From contig CAVWPA010000003.1 in assembly GCA_963756875.1 (NCBI GenBank), forward strand, positions 832,001 through 896,000: a stretch of 64,000 bases of DNA, written 5' to 3'. This DNA is from an uncultured Verrucomicrobiae bacterium (GTDB lineage Bacteria; Verrucomicrobiota; Verrucomicrobiia; Chthoniobacterales; UBA10450). Every line of letters begins with the position of its first letter. Position 1 is the first letter of the stretch. Positions 1 through 11,361 of the stretch are shown here, piece after piece. Both the position numbers and the translations under genes were made by a program. Below the pieces are notes generated by a model. It made no database searches. It was not told the origin of the DNA and saw only the letters and a program-made list of their open reading frames with translations.

Positions 1-605
1 CAGCCCGTGAAAAGACAGTTCTCTTTGTCGGACGTGTCCATCCGGAGAAGGGCGTCCATTTGTTGATCGAAGCGTTTGCAAGCATGCCGCGCGAATTATC
101 CTCGGAATGGAAATTGTCGATTCTGGGCCCGGCCGAGGAGGAATTTGGCGGTGGCGGCCAGGAATATCTTGCCGAGCTCAAGCGCTCCGCGGCGAAAGCC
201 GCTGGCAAGGTGTTTTTTCCGGGTCCGGTCTTTGATTCAACCGCGCTGGAGCAAAATTTTCGGAACGCGAGATTATTTGTTTATCCTTCGATAGCCGAGC
301 GCGGCGAATCATTTGGCCTCGCGCCGCTGGAGGCGATGACGCACGGTTGTGCTGTGATTGTTTCGAACCTCGATTGTTTTCAGGATTTTATTCGCGACGG
401 CGAGACGGGTTTCGTCTTCGACCATCGCGCCGAGGCCCCGGTCAAAGGCCTTCGTGAAAAGATCGAGAGCGCAATCGCCGATCCGGCATTGCTGGCAAAT
501 GTGGCCGATGCGGGGTATCGGAGGTCGGCAGAGTATTCTGTTTCTCGCGTAGCAGACCAATTTTTGCATGATTTTAGCTCACTCACTGGCCAATCCGATG
601 TCTGA
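1..605 (+). CDS. Glycosyltransferase family 4, 5'-truncated by window edge
   Basis: Frame open from position 3 (AREKTVLFVGRVHPEKGVHLLIEAF); GT4 motif ESFGLAPLEAM. Confidence 0.9.
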   Translation, partial: AREKTVLFVGRVHPEKGVHLLIEAFASMPRELSSEWKLSILGPAEEEFGGGGQEYLAELKRSAAKAAGKVFFPGPVFDSTALEQNFRNARLFVYPSIAERGESFGLAPLEAMTHGCAVIVSNLDCFQDFIRDGETGFVFDHRAEAPVKGLREKIESAIADPALLANVADAGYRRSAEYSVSRVADQFLHDFSSLTGQSDV

Positions 606-1146
606 AATCGTTAATCCCGAGCAAAAATCCGCATATGATTCGCCGTGGTCGGGCAGCCACCGTTTTATGCAAGCGTTATGGGAAATCTGCTGGCTTGTTT
701 TTTGCGTGTGGACGCCGAAACCGTTCAACGAATGGCGGCTCTTCTGGCTGCGCGTCTTTGGCGCGAAGATCGATGGGACGCCTTTTGTGCATCAGCGTGC
801 GCGCATTGCCATTCCATGGAACCTGACGCTGCACGATCGCGCCTGCCTCGGCGACCGTGCCAATGCCTATTCGCTGGGGGAAATCGAGATCGGCGCACGC
901 GCCACTGTCGCGCAGGAAGTATATCTCAGCACGGGCAGCCACGATTTTGAGCAGCCGGACATCCCGCTCGTAGTCGCAAAGATTACCATTGGCGAAGACG
1001 CTTTCATTGGCGCGCGCGCTTTTGTTCTTCCGGGTGTAACAATCGGCGCGCGCAGCATCGTCGGCGCGTGCTCGGTGGTAACGCATGACATTCCCGAAAA
1101 TGTGATCGCCGCGGGAAACCCATGTCGCACTCTCCGACCGCGATGA
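598..1146 (+). CDS. wcaF: WcaF-like polysaccharide acetyltransferase (hexapeptide repeat)
   Basis: WTPKPFNEWRLFWLRVFGAKI, PWNL, GSHD, AGNPC motifs; ATG 598 overlaps upstream gene end. Confidence 0.85.
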   Translation: MSEIVNPEQKSAYDSPWSGSHRFMQALWEICWLVFCVWTPKPFNEWRLFWLRVFGAKIDGTPFVHQRARIAIPWNLTLHDRACLGDRANAYSLGEIEIGARATVAQEVYLSTGSHDFEQPDIPLVVAKITIGEDAFIGARAFVLPGVTIGARSIVGACSVVTHDIPENVIAAGNPCRTLRPR

Positions 1147-2006
1147 CTGGGCGTGTGCCGGTTTCGGTTGTGGTTCCAATCAGGAACGAAGCGGAAAATC
1201 TGCCCCGGTGCCTGGGATGCGTGCAATGGGCGGACGAGATCTTCGTGGTCGATTCGCAGAGCACAGATGGATCGACTGACATCGCGCACCGGCACGGCGC
1301 CAAGGTGGTGCAGTTTCATTTTAACGGGACCTGGCCGAAGAAGAAAAACTGGGCGCTGGAGAATCTTCCGTTCAAGAACGATTGGGTTCTGATTCTCGAC
1401 GCGGACGAAGTGTTGCCGCCGGCCGCGGAGAAAGAGGTCGCCGAAGCCGTTGCGAATCCCGGTCAGATCGTCGGTTACTGGATTAATCGGCGCTTCTTCT
1501 TTCTCGGCCGCTGGTTGCGGCATTCCTATTATCCGAATTGGAACCTGCGACTTTTTAAGCGCTCGTTAGGCCGATATGAAAAATTGACGGAGGCGGATAC
1601 CGGCAGCGGGGACAACGAAGTGCACGAGCACGTTGTCGTGCAGGGACCGACCGGGCGATTGCGGACCGAGATGGACCATTATGCGTTTCCGTCGGTGGAA
1701 ATGTTCATCGAGAAGCACAATCGCTATTCCAACTGGGAGGCGCGCGTCGCCGCCGATGAATTTTTGGGCCGGAGCTCCGGAGAATTAAGCCACGCGCCGG
1801 TAGAGCGTCGTCGTCGCTTGAAGATGCTTTCGCAGCGTCTGCCGTTTCGCCCTCTGCTGCGGTTTCTCTACATTTACATCTGGCAAAAGGGATTTCTCGA
1901 CGGACGCGACGGCTATTATTTCGCGCGTCTCCACGCGGTTTATGAATTTCTTTCGGTGGCAAAGACGTACGAACTGCGCCGACAGGCGGAGTCGCCCAAA
2001 GATTAG
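1143..2006 (+). CDS. Glycosyltransferase family 2
   Basis: SVVVPIRNE, VVDSQSTD, ILDADE, VHEH motifs; ATGA overlap with wcaF stop. Confidence 0.9.
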   Translation: MTGRVPVSVVVPIRNEAENLPRCLGCVQWADEIFVVDSQSTDGSTDIAHRHGAKVVQFHFNGTWPKKKNWALENLPFKNDWVLILDADEVLPPAAEKEVAEAVANPGQIVGYWINRRFFFLGRWLRHSYYPNWNLRLFKRSLGRYEKLTEADTGSGDNEVHEHVVVQGPTGRLRTEMDHYAFPSVEMFIEKHNRYSNWEARVAADEFLGRSSGELSHAPVERRRRLKMLSQRLPFRPLLRFLYIYIWQKGFLDGRDGYYFARLHAVYEFLSVAKTYELRRQAESPKD

Positions 2007-2014
2007 CGAGAGCG

Positions 2015-3244
2015 ATGCGCGTCATTGTCTGGGGCATTAATTACGCGCCGGAAATAACCGGGATCGCGCCGCACAACGTTGCGCTCTGTGAATTTTTGCA
2101 GCGAAATGGTCACGACGTCGAGATGGTCACGACGTTCTCTTATTACCCGGCCTGGCGGAAAAAGGCCGAGGACAGGCACCAGCTTTTTCGGACGGATCGA
2201 ATCAATGGGGTGCCGGTGCACCGCTGCTGGCATTTTGTTCCCCAGCGAGTAACGCCATGGAAGCGTATTGTGCACGAGGGGACTTTCGTCGCGACATCCA
2301 TAACCCGCATTCTTGGATTAAAACGTGCCGACGTTTATGTAATCCCATCGCCGCCCCTCCTCCTCGGGGTCGCGGGCTGGCTGTCCGCGAAACTAAAGCG
2401 CGCGCCATTTATTTTTCATGTGCAGGATCTGCAACCCGATGCCGCCGTCGGGCTTGGAATGCTGCGCGCCGGCTGGTTCACGCGCGTGTTGTATCTCCTG
2501 GAAGCCTTTGCTTACAAGCATGCAACGCGTGTTTCCGGGATCAGCGAGGAGATTCTGGACGCATTCCGGCGAAAAGGAGTGCCTGAAGGGAAACTGATTT
2601 TGTTTCCGAATGCGGTGACGCTTCCGAAGGATGATGAGATTCCACCCCGTGGAAGATTTCGCGCAAAGCACGCTTTTGCGGCTGACGAATTTCTGGCTGT
2701 TTATGCCGGAAACCTGGGAGTAAAACAAGGTCTTCATCTTTTGCTCGATGCGGCGGAGGTGCTTCGGACCGAGAAAAACGTTCGGATTGTAATAGCTGGC
2801 GACGGCGCTGCCCGCGAGTCGCTGGAAAAGGACATTTGCACCCGAAATTTGACCAATGTCTCGATGTTGCCATTGCAATTCGGCATGGACTACAAGGAAT
2901 TGCTGATCGACGCCGATGTTTCTCTGATCACTCAGCAAAGCGGCTCCGGGAACGCATTTTTTCCGAGCAAACTTTTGATCACACTCGCTTTTTCTGGGCC
3001 GGTCCTGACGGTGGCCGACGATGAGAGTGCCCTTGCCCGGGTGGTCGCGGAGGGCGGGTTCGGTAAAAATGTGGCGCCGGGTGAGCCAAAGAAACTCGCG
3101 GATGCGGCGCGCCAGCTCGCCCAAGACCGGCAACAGTTACGAGACTGGGGCCGGGCCGGGCGGGCTTATGTCGAGCGGTTCGAGCAAAGTCGCGTGCTGA
3201 CGAAATTCGTCGAAGAGCTAAAGCGGATTGCGGGCCGCCACTAA
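2015..3244 (+). CDS. WcaI-like glycosyltransferase family 4
   Basis: GINYAPEITGI, HVQDLQPDAA, YAGNLGVKQGL, FPSKL motifs. Confidence 0.85.
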   Translation: MRVIVWGINYAPEITGIAPHNVALCEFLQRNGHDVEMVTTFSYYPAWRKKAEDRHQLFRTDRINGVPVHRCWHFVPQRVTPWKRIVHEGTFVATSITRILGLKRADVYVIPSPPLLLGVAGWLSAKLKRAPFIFHVQDLQPDAAVGLGMLRAGWFTRVLYLLEAFAYKHATRVSGISEEILDAFRRKGVPEGKLILFPNAVTLPKDDEIPPRGRFRAKHAFAADEFLAVYAGNLGVKQGLHLLLDAAEVLRTEKNVRIVIAGDGAARESLEKDICTRNLTNVSMLPLQFGMDYKELLIDADVSLITQQSGSGNAFFPSKLLITLAFSGPVLTVADDESALARVVAEGGFGKNVAPGEPKKLADAARQLAQDRQQLRDWGRAGRAYVERFEQSRVLTKFVEELKRIAGRH

Positions 3245-4635
3245 TACGCTGTTTGCGGAGGGCGAACGAGTTGCGCGAAAGTGCGCAGGATAATTGCGAG
3301 CTCGAGCGAAATATTCCAGTTCTCCAGATATTCAATGTCGCAGGCGACACGGTTTTCAATGTCCGAATTATCTCTTGCTTCACCGCGGAAGCCGCGCACC
3401 TGGGCCAATCCAGTGATTCCTGGTTTTACAAATGTGCGTACATGATAATTTCCCATTAAGCGCGCAAACTGGTTATTGTGTTCGATCAGATGCGGGCGCG
3501 GCCCGACGATACTCATGTCGCCGTGGAGCACATTCCAAAACTGTGGCACCTCGTCGATACTGACTTTGCGAAACCACTTTCCGAGAGGATACACGCGCTC
3601 GTCTTCCGGACGAGCCTGGCGGGAGAGTTCGCCGTTATCCGGACGCATCGTGCGAAACTTATAGATGTTGAACTGGCGGTTCTGCATGCCGGCACGGCGC
3701 TGCACGTGGAACAGGGGCCCCGGCGATTGGAACCGCTGCGCGACGAAAACAATTACGGCCAGAATTGGAAAGACGAAGAGCATGACGGGCACGGCGATTG
3801 CCAAATCGATGGCCCGTTTAAAAAACCGATTGAACGGATTTTCCAACGGTTCTTCGCGCAGTCCGATAAAGCGGAAGCCCCCGTCCTCAAAATGTGTTAC
3901 CGAATGCCGCAATCTCTCTTCGAGGTCGCTCAAAATAAAGAGGCGGACGCCGAGTTGATCGCAAATGTGGATCATCTGCTGGTTCGCCTCGTTGAAGAGC
4001 GGAAACTCCAGCAGGATGACTTGTGTGATTCCAGATTCACGAATCACCTGCTCAAGTCGGTCGGGCGTTCCAAGCAACGGGATCCCGTCCCGGCTCTGAT
4101 CGATCGGCTCGTCGCAAACCAGGCCGACGGTGCGCAGACCGATTTCGGCTTTGCGCTGCAACCAGTCGCTTAACTGATCGGCTTTGCGGCTAGGACCCAC
4201 CAGCAGGGTTTTTTCGTCTCGCCGGAAAATCCCGCGCGCCAGGATGCCCGGGAGATAGTGATGGGAAAAAAGCAACGCGACATACAGCCACGGAACGAAG
4301 TTGAAAAAGAAAATTCGCGAAATGAACGCATCCTTCGTCGCGATAAGATAAAGAACAAGCATGCCGACACTGGCGATGGTCTGGCGAAGACTCAGCCGAT
4401 GCGGACGCAGTAGTTCGTTTTGCAGAAAGTAATTTTTGGACCGAGTCAGCGATTCGAGGAGCATGCCGACCACAAGCGTGCCGCAATAAATGCTATAACG
4501 GCGCCAGGTGAGTTCGGCGCTGGGCGAGTAAAATTCGACCATGACCCAGACTCCCAGCCAGAACAGGAGCGCGACCATGACAATCTGGCATAGTAGAAAG
4601 AGGCGGTAGAGACCTTCCGTCCGTTGGGCGACCAT
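3241..4635 (-). CDS. Exopolysaccharide polyprenyl glycosylphosphotransferase (WcaJ-like)
   Basis: N-terminal TM helices; KRAIDL, YKFRTM, DEVPQFWNVLHGDMSIVGPRPH, KPGITGLAQV. Confidence 0.92.
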   Translation of the reverse strand: MVAQRTEGLYRLFLLCQIVMVALLFWLGVWVMVEFYSPSAELTWRRYSIYCGTLVVGMLLESLTRSKNYFLQNELLRPHRLSLRQTIASVGMLVLYLIATKDAFISRIFFFNFVPWLYVALLFSHHYLPGILARGIFRRDEKTLLVGPSRKADQLSDWLQRKAEIGLRTVGLVCDEPIDQSRDGIPLLGTPDRLEQVIRESGITQVILLEFPLFNEANQQMIHICDQLGVRLFILSDLEERLRHSVTHFEDGGFRFIGLREEPLENPFNRFFKRAIDLAIAVPVMLFVFPILAVIVFVAQRFQSPGPLFHVQRRAGMQNRQFNIYKFRTMRPDNGELSRQARPEDERVYPLGKWFRKVSIDEVPQFWNVLHGDMSIVGPRPHLIEHNNQFARLMGNYHVRTFVKPGITGLAQVRGFRGEARDNSDIENRVACDIEYLENWNISLELAIILRTFAQLVRPPQTAY

Positions 4636-4777
4636 GGCTAAAGCGCTGGGATGATGAGATTACGCCATGGCGGGATTGCTTCAACTCGTGCTAGGTTCCC
4701 CGCCGATATGAGACTTGCTTTCATGCACTCAGTGATTTGTCGATTATAGAAGCGATTCCCATACCGATTCATTTCCG

Positions 4778-7165
4778 TTGATGCCAAATTCGACACCACA
4801 GACTCGGTTGGACGAGCAGGAAAACAATGCCGTAGGCCGTTGGGCGGCCAACATCGCCATCGCTTCCCTGCCGGTGCTGGCCTGCTTTCTCGGCGGAGCC
4901 ACACAAAAATGGGCGGAAGGGATCGTGGTGGCGATTCTTGGATTGATTCTGCTGGTGCGCCCTCCTTCGTTTTCGCTCGGCGCGTTTACCAATAGCGTCT
5001 TCCTTGTATTCGTTGTTCTCGCCTGCGTGACGTTTCTGCCGGCCCATTATTTCTTTTCATCCACGTGGCGCAGCGCGATGACGAACGACCTCGGCATTGC
5101 GTTGCCGGCCACCGTCTCGCCGCAACCATGGATTACGGCCGGTTGCCTCTTGAGCCTCATCGCCGGCGTGAGCTGGCTTTATCTCGTCAGCTCCCAGGAG
5201 ATAGAATTGCGTTCCGTTCGCTTTCAGCTGCGGTTTTTTGCGACCGGCATCGTCGTTCTCGCCGCAGTAAGCATTCTATTTTATTGGGCGCACGTCGCCC
5301 CGCCGTTTTGGATCAATCAACGCGGCTTTGGTCCCTTCCCAAACCGCAACCAGACGGGAGACGTTTTCGCTCTCGCCGCGATCGTTATTCTCGCCTGCGG
5401 CCAGGATGACATTCGGAAGGGGCGGAAACGCTGGATTTTCTGGCTGATCGCGCTGGCCGTGATCGTCACGGCGATTATTCTCAATTTTTCGCGGGCCGGA
5501 ATCCTTATCCTTGTTATTGGCAGCGTGCTTTTGCTCGGCGTTTTTGCGCTGCGGCAAGGCTCCATGCCCCGGCTGGCTTTGGGATTCTCTTTTGTTCTTC
5601 TTTTGCTAACCGCCCTCCTGCTCTTTGGCGGGCAGACACTGGAACGGTTTCATCTTCGTGGCCTGGGCAACACTGGCATCTCTACGGATTTTCGATGGCG
5701 AATCTTCCATGACACTTTCGGGCTCATTCGCGATTCGGCCTGGTGCGGGATCGGTCTCGGCAATTTCGAATCCGTCTTTGCGATCTTTCGTAATGCGTCA
5801 TTTGGCGACACACGCGCGTTGCATCCCGAGAGCGACTGGCTGTGGGTCTGGGCCGAAATGGGATGGCCCGCGGTCTTGCTTATTATTGTCGGAATGGCGT
5901 TGCTGATTCGCAGGGTGTTTCCGTTGCGAGAAGGAACAAATCAGCGCTATCGGGTGGCGACGCTTATTACAGCGCTGCTTTTCGCGATCCATGGCCTGGT
6001 GGATGTCTCCGGACATCGTGTTGGCACTTCGCTTGCAGGAATGTTTCTGTTTGGGCTTTCATTGCATAGGCCGCTCTGTTTGAAACCGAGCCGCTGGATC
6101 GCGGCCCTCTTTCGTCTGGTCGGGTTGATCTTGCTGGTCGCGGGCGGCACGTGGGTGGTTGCGGCCCACGGCAAAATGCTGCTGCCCGGATCGATTGGAG
6201 TTGCCAATGCCAAACAGGTTGCCGTTATCGCAAATCGCGGTCTTGATTTCTCAGAAGCCGCTGCGCTTTCCACGCGCGGCTTGGAGTGGGCGCCGCTGGA
6301 CTGGCAACTCTATTTCTCGCGCGCCATCGCTGAAGTAAATAAGAAGCAGACAGAAAAGGCGCTCGATGATTTTCGCCGCGCCCGCTTTCTTGAGCCGAAC
6401 GCCTACGAAGTTCCATTGGCGGAAGGGAACCTCTGGCTGAACTCGCACCCGATCCTCGCTGTCATAGCATGGCGAGAGGCCTTACGCCGTGCCGGCCCGC
6501 ATCGGGCCGAAGTTTATTCGAGCATGCTGACCAATGCCTCGATGAAAAGTCCGCAGGTCAGCCGAGTTCTCGAAAAAGTTGGATTGAGCGAACACGATCT
6601 GGCCCTGGCTTATCTTAGTCGCGTCTCGCCACAGTATTTTAATCACGCTCTCAACGAGTTCTTGAAACACGATCCGACTTTGCAAACGCTCAACGATGAG
6701 GAAAAGCTGATTTTCTTTTCGCTCTGGTCGGAGCACGGCGATCTCGAACAATTGGCGCAAGCGGTCGCTCAGCATCCGAAATGGCTCGAGTATGCATGGC
6801 TCGGCATGGCGAAGTATTACGCGCGGAAAAATGACTTTCGGGCGGCGTACGAACTGACTCAACGCTACGGCGAGCCGGTTCCCTTGCCGCGGATCGAAGG
6901 AAGCGTCTCCATTCAGGATCTACAAAGGCGTTCCTATTCTGTGCCGGACAATTACGGGGCCGGCTACGCTCTTTATCGCGCCCAAATGCAAGCGGGACGC
7001 GTAGATGATGCTCTCCAGACCGCGCGCCACTTTAGCGAGCACCCTGGGACTCCCGCTTATTTTCATTTTCTGGAGGCCAAATGCTGGGCCGAAAAGCAAA
7101 ACTGGGAACGCGCCTGGAGCGCCTGGCTCGCCTTTCACACTGCAACGACGCAAGTCACGCAATAA
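4778..7165 (+). CDS. O-antigen ligase/Wzy_C family membrane protein with C-terminal helical TPR-like region
   Basis: Many TM segments; GPFPNRN, SRAG, GIGLGNF, HPESDW motifs. Confidence 0.8.
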   Translation: MMPNSTPQTRLDEQENNAVGRWAANIAIASLPVLACFLGGATQKWAEGIVVAILGLILLVRPPSFSLGAFTNSVFLVFVVLACVTFLPAHYFFSSTWRSAMTNDLGIALPATVSPQPWITAGCLLSLIAGVSWLYLVSSQEIELRSVRFQLRFFATGIVVLAAVSILFYWAHVAPPFWINQRGFGPFPNRNQTGDVFALAAIVILACGQDDIRKGRKRWIFWLIALAVIVTAIILNFSRAGILILVIGSVLLLGVFALRQGSMPRLALGFSFVLLLLTALLLFGGQTLERFHLRGLGNTGISTDFRWRIFHDTFGLIRDSAWCGIGLGNFESVFAIFRNASFGDTRALHPESDWLWVWAEMGWPAVLLIIVGMALLIRRVFPLREGTNQRYRVATLITALLFAIHGLVDVSGHRVGTSLAGMFLFGLSLHRPLCLKPSRWIAALFRLVGLILLVAGGTWVVAAHGKMLLPGSIGVANAKQVAVIANRGLDFSEAAALSTRGLEWAPLDWQLYFSRAIAEVNKKQTEKALDDFRRARFLEPNAYEVPLAEGNLWLNSHPILAVIAWREALRRAGPHRAEVYSSMLTNASMKSPQVSRVLEKVGLSEHDLALAYLSRVSPQYFNHALNEFLKHDPTLQTLNDEEKLIFFSLWSEHGDLEQLAQAVAQHPKWLEYAWLGMAKYYARKNDFRAAYELTQRYGEPVPLPRIEGSVSIQDLQRRSYSVPDNYGAGYALYRAQMQAGRVDDALQTARHFSEHPGTPAYFHFLEAKCWAEKQNWERAWSAWLAFHTATTQVTQ

Positions 7166-7212
7166 GTGCCCGAATTTAGGCACTGCCGCCCGGATGCTCT
7201 TCAGAATCGATA

Positions 7213-10008
7213 TTATTCCGCGATGGCGGCCTGGGCTGCGGCCAATCGCGCGATCGGAATCCGGAACGGACTACAACTGACGTAGTTCAATCCGAGACGA
7301 TGGCAGAATTTCACGCTAGTGGGCTCGCCGCCGTGTTCGCCGCAAATCCCGAGCTTGATGTCTGGCCGGGTCTTGCGGCCGAGATCGCGCGTTATCTCCA
7401 TGAGCCGTCCGACACCTTTCTGATCGATTGAGGCAAATGGATTTGTGTCGATGATATCGAGCTCGGCGTATGCGGGCAGAAAACTGCCGGAATCGTCGCG
7501 ACTCATTCCGAGGGTCGTTTGGGTGAGATCGTTGGTTCCGAAACTGAAAAACTGCGCGTCGCGCGCAATTTCGTCCGCTACCAGCGCGGCACGAGGAATT
7601 TCGATCATCGTTCCAACGAGATAATTGAATTTCGTCTTTCTCTCTTTCGCGACTTCGTCCGCCACGCGGCGCACGATCTCAACCTGCGATTTCAGTTCAC
7701 GCGGGAATCCAACCAACGGGATCATGATCTCGGGATGGACCTTAATTCCTTTGGCCTGCACTTCAGCGGCGGCCTCAAAGACGGCGCGCGCCTGCATTTC
7801 GGAAATCTCGGGATAAACAACGCCCAGCCGGCAACCGCGATGACCCAGCATTGGGTTGAATTCGTGCAGCTCGTGCACGCGACGTGAGATGTGCTCAACG
7901 GTGACGCCCAGTTTGTTTGCCAACTCGTTTTGCTGAGCGTGGTCGTTAGGCAAAAATTCGTGCAACGGCGGATCGAGGAACCGAATCGTCGCCGGCAAGC
8001 CTTTCAGAGCGGTGAATATGCCGGCGAAGTCGCTGCGCTGGTAGGGAAGTAGTTTGGCCAACGCTCGCGCCCGCTCCTCTTTTGTTCCGGCGAGAATCAT
8101 TTCACGCATCGCGTCGATCCTGTTGCCCTCAAAAAACATGTGCTCGGTGCGGCACAGGCCGATTCCCTCTGCACCGAATGCGATTGCGTTTCTCGCCTGC
8201 TCGGGCGTGTCGGCGTTTGTGCGCACGCCCAGGGTCCGGAATTCATCCACCCATTTCATTAGCTTTGCGTATTCCTGGTAGGTCACGCTCTTTTTTGCAT
8301 CCAGGGTCCGGTCCACCAGGACCTGCACGATCTCGGACGGCGCGGTCGTAACTTCGCCCGCAAAGACTTCGCCCGCCGTTCCATCGATGGAGATATAGTC
8401 GCCCCGTTTCAATGTCGTTCCGTTGGCGCTCAGGGTTCCTTTTTGATAATCGATGTGAATGTCGCTCGCGCCGCATACGCAGACCTTGCCCATCTGGCGG
8501 GCGACCAAAGCGGCATGCGACGAAACACCGCCACGCGATGTGAGAATGCCTTCCGCCGCAATCATTCCCCGCAAGTCCTCGGGCGACGTTTCAATGCGCG
8601 CGAGAACGACTTTCTCGCCTTTCTCCGAACGCGCCACCGCCTCTTCCGCGCTGAAAACGACATGACCGGAAGCCGCGCCCGGCCCGGCGGCCAAACCGCC
8701 CCCGATTTTCTTTGCCTGCATGGCCGATTGTCGATCAAAGATCGGAGCGAGCAGATGGGCGAGGGAATCCGCCGGAATGCGTTTCACGGCATCCTTTTTC
8801 GTTATCAGTTTTTCGTCGACCATGTCCACGGCGATACGAACAGCGGCGTGACCCGTCCGCTTTCCATTTCTGGTCTGCAAAATGTAAAGCCGGTTGTCTT
8901 CGACGGTGAACTCGAGGTCCTGCATGTCCTTGAAATGGCGTTCCAGAGTTGCGCGAACCTTCATCAGTCCTTTGTGTGCGGCCGGCATCTCTTTTGCCAG
9001 GTGAGCGATTGGATGAGGGGTGCGCACCCCGGCGACGACATCTTCACCCTGTGCATTGATCAGATATTCGCCGTAAAAGACCTTTTCTCCGGTGGCCGGA
9101 TCCCGTGTGAAGGCGACGCCGGTGGCACTCGTGTCGCCCATGTTGCCGAAAACCATTGTCTGCACATTGACCGCCGTTCCCCATTCGTGCGGAATGCCGT
9201 ACTTGCGCCGGTAAACAATGGCGCGGTCGTTCATCCACGAACCGAAGACGGCGCCAATCGCGCCCCAAAGCTGTCCGCGCGCGTCCTGCGGAAACGATTT
9301 GCCGGTCCGCTCTTTGATCAGCGCTTTGAAGCGCGCGACCAGCTCCTTGAGATCGCCGACCGTTAGTTTCACGTCGGGAAAGTCATGTTTGCCGTAGCGC
9401 TTATCCTTCAAATGCTCGATGACGCTTTCGAACGGTTCGTGATGTTCGTCGGGTCGCTTTTGCACCCCCATGACCACGTCGCCGTACATTTGCAGGAACC
9501 GCCGATACGAGTCCCAGGCGAAACGCGGATTTTTTGTTTTCCTGGCAACAACTTCAACCACCTCGTCGTTGATGCCGAGGTTCAGAATGGTATCCATCAT
9601 GCCGGGCATGGAATCGCGCGCGCCGGAGCGCACGGAAACGAGCAGCGGCCGCTCGATATCGCCTAGCTTCTTGTTTGCCGATTTTTCGACCCTGGCCAGC
9701 GCTGCATCGACCTGGGCCTCCAACTGCGGGGGATAGGTCCGTTTATGTTCGTAAAAATAAGTGCAGACCTCTGTTGTAATGGTGAACCCTGGAGGTACAG
9801 GCAGACCGATGCGTGTCATCTCCGCGAGGTTCGCGCCCTTGCCGCCGAGAAGCGGCTTCATTGTTCCCGAGCCGTCGGCCTGCCCGTCTCCGAAGTAATA
9901 AACGTACCGTGGGGCCCGCTTCTTGGAAGCCGGCCGGGATTTCACTGTTGATTTTGCTTTAGGAACGCGATGCGAGGTCTTGCGGAGCGATTTTGTTTTT
10001 TTGCGCAT
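7213..10008 (-). CDS. ppdK: Pyruvate, phosphate dikinase
   Basis: [29 protein letters not shown] (phospho-His), [17 protein letters not shown]. Confidence 0.98.
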   Translation of the reverse strand: MRKKTKSLRKTSHRVPKAKSTVKSRPASKKRAPRYVYYFGDGQADGSGTMKPLLGGKGANLAEMTRIGLPVPPGFTITTEVCTYFYEHKRTYPPQLEAQVDAALARVEKSANKKLGDIERPLLVSVRSGARDSMPGMMDTILNLGINDEVVEVVARKTKNPRFAWDSYRRFLQMYGDVVMGVQKRPDEHHEPFESVIEHLKDKRYGKHDFPDVKLTVGDLKELVARFKALIKERTGKSFPQDARGQLWGAIGAVFGSWMNDRAIVYRRKYGIPHEWGTAVNVQTMVFGNMGDTSATGVAFTRDPATGEKVFYGEYLINAQGEDVVAGVRTPHPIAHLAKEMPAAHKGLMKVRATLERHFKDMQDLEFTVEDNRLYILQTRNGKRTGHAAVRIAVDMVDEKLITKKDAVKRIPADSLAHLLAPIFDRQSAMQAKKIGGGLAAGPGAASGHVVFSAEEAVARSEKGEKVVLARIETSPEDLRGMIAAEGILTSRGGVSSHAALVARQMGKVCVCGASDIHIDYQKGTLSANGTTLKRGDYISIDGTAGEVFAGEVTTAPSEIVQVLVDRTLDAKKSVTYQEYAKLMKWVDEFRTLGVRTNADTPEQARNAIAFGAEGIGLCRTEHMFFEGNRIDAMREMILAGTKEERARALAKLLPYQRSDFAGIFTALKGLPATIRFLDPPLHEFLPNDHAQQNELANKLGVTVEHISRRVHELHEFNPMLGHRGCRLGVVYPEISEMQARAVFEAAAEVQAKGIKVHPEIMIPLVGFPRELKSQVEIVRRVADEVAKERKTKFNYLVGTMIEIPRAALVADEIARDAQFFSFGTNDLTQTTLGMSRDDSGSFLPAYAELDIIDTNPFASIDQKGVGRLMEITRDLGRKTRPDIKLGICGEHGGEPTSVKFCHRLGLNYVSCSPFRIPIARLAAAQAAIAE

Positions 10009-10125
10009 GGAAAAGGTTAGTAAGCAGACGAACGCGCCAAATTAAGTCCGTGCGTTTGCGTGTCAATGCGCCACGCACCCCGGAACGGACAAATATCTTG
10101 TACCTTGTCGGATGCGACCGGGCGT

Positions 10126-10335
10126 TCAGGCCGGGGCGCGCTCCGCGTTCTCGATCACATCTTCGATGGCGGCGGTGAAATCACCTACGCCAGTGCTTGG
10201 CACAATAATCGTATTGCGACGCCCATGTGCTGCCTCGGTGATCCGCAAGAACTTTCCCCGTTCATTTTCCCGGAATTCCACGAGGAAATGCTTCCGTTCG
10301 ATCTGCAGTTCTCTCGCTTCGATAATGTTATCCAT
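10126..10335 (-). CDS. Single PUR-repeat nucleic-acid-binding protein
   Basis: LQIERKHFLVEFRENERGKFLRITE...RRNTIIVP matches the Pur-alpha repeat pattern. Confidence 0.8.
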   Translation of the reverse strand: MDNIIEARELQIERKHFLVEFRENERGKFLRITEAAHGRRNTIIVPSTGVGDFTAAIEDVIENAERAPA

Positions 10336-10525
10336 TTTGCAGAAACGGCGGAGTTTAGGCCGCTCCGGGTCAAGAAGGGAAGGATAATTTTAGACAAATG
10401 TTACCTCTGCCTGGGCGTCCTCCGGGTTGCACAGGGCGCTTCTTGGAAAGGGGAAGCGCCTGCACAGCGGCGCTGATCAATGGCTTTGGAAATAAAATAT
10501 ATCAACCATACTTAAGCCACTGATC

Positions 10526-10942
10526 ATGGGAATTCGGGCGAAAGGATATGTTGTTTTGTTTTGCTTAATCATGTCATTATGGACTTGCGGTGTTAGTAAT
10601 GGCGAAGCGGCAGGATCTCCGTTTTCGGGCTATCCCTATCAAATGCGAGCGGATGACCGATCCCGATTCATCGCGGCGCTCAAAACTTTAACAATCGGCG
10701 ACAGTCGGGAGCACGTTATTCATGTGCTCGGAACCTCAGCTGATGAATCGCTGATCAAGGGCAAAAAGAGAAACGATCCAGTTAGGGGCGCGATCATTAC
10801 TTATTGGCTCAAGAAAACAGCACCTAATTTCGTGAATGAAAAGACAGACCAGTACGTTTCAATTGTTTTCGATAACGACCGGAAAATAGTCCGTTTCTTG
10901 ACGAACATTCCCGGGTTGTCGCTACCACCTGGATCGAAGTAG
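10526..10942 (+). CDS. Hypothetical exported protein, weakly SmpA/BamE-like
   Basis: Hydrophobic N-terminus; LTIGDSREHVIHVLG and IVFDNDRKIV segments; visibly more AT-rich than neighbours. Confidence 0.6.
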   Translation: MGIRAKGYVVLFCLIMSLWTCGVSNGEAAGSPFSGYPYQMRADDRSRFIAALKTLTIGDSREHVIHVLGTSADESLIKGKKRNDPVRGAIITYWLKKTAPNFVNEKTDQYVSIVFDNDRKIVRFLTNIPGLSLPPGSK

Positions 10943-11144
10943 TTCTCCGACAATTTCAGTTGCTTGGCACGCTAGCGTTGCGAGTCGAGTTTGAGGAAGG
11001 GCTCGACTGGCGGTACATGTCTAGAAAATGCCGCGGTGTCAAAAGGGTATCAAACGACGGCCCGTAACCCCCGGTGAACAGGTGTCGGAAGTCAGCGATC
11101 AGCGGTCAGGTCAAAAAGGTTCCAAATGCCTCAGTTCAGGGGCT

Positions 11145-11186
11145 CCCGCCTTTGTCCGGCAACGGCCGGACTGCGGCGCGGCGGGC
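11145..11186. repeat. CCCGCCTT...CGGCGCGGCRGGC hairpin element, copy 1
   Basis: Shares both ends with 30544-30574; internal stem GTCCGGC/GCCGGAC. Confidence 0.65.
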
Positions 11187-11246
11187 GACCCAGGTAACCA
11201 GAGGTCAGAGGACAGAAGCCAGAGATCAGCTTCGGTTAAAGAAAAG

Positions 11247-11361
11247 CAGCTGCGCAGCCAAACACCGATGACGCGGCAATGGATTGCAGATCGACTGAAG
11301 ATGGGCAGTCCAAGTTACGTTTCCAACCTATTTGCCAGTGTCGATAGTAAGCTCTGACCCC
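11247..11361 (+). pseudogene. C-terminal remnant of a probable REP-associated tyrosine transposase (RAYT-like)
   Basis: QLRSQTPMTRQWIADRLKMGSPSYVSNL resembles, from recall, the C-terminal HTH of RAYT-type transposases; ends in TCTGACCCC; no HUH domain upstream. Confidence 0.55.

Noticed and set aside
7519..9951. Long antisense ORFs over ppdK (likewise over the ABC ATPase, dxs, trpB and others)
   Set aside because: Shadow ORFs expected from GC-rich codon bias; no motifs.
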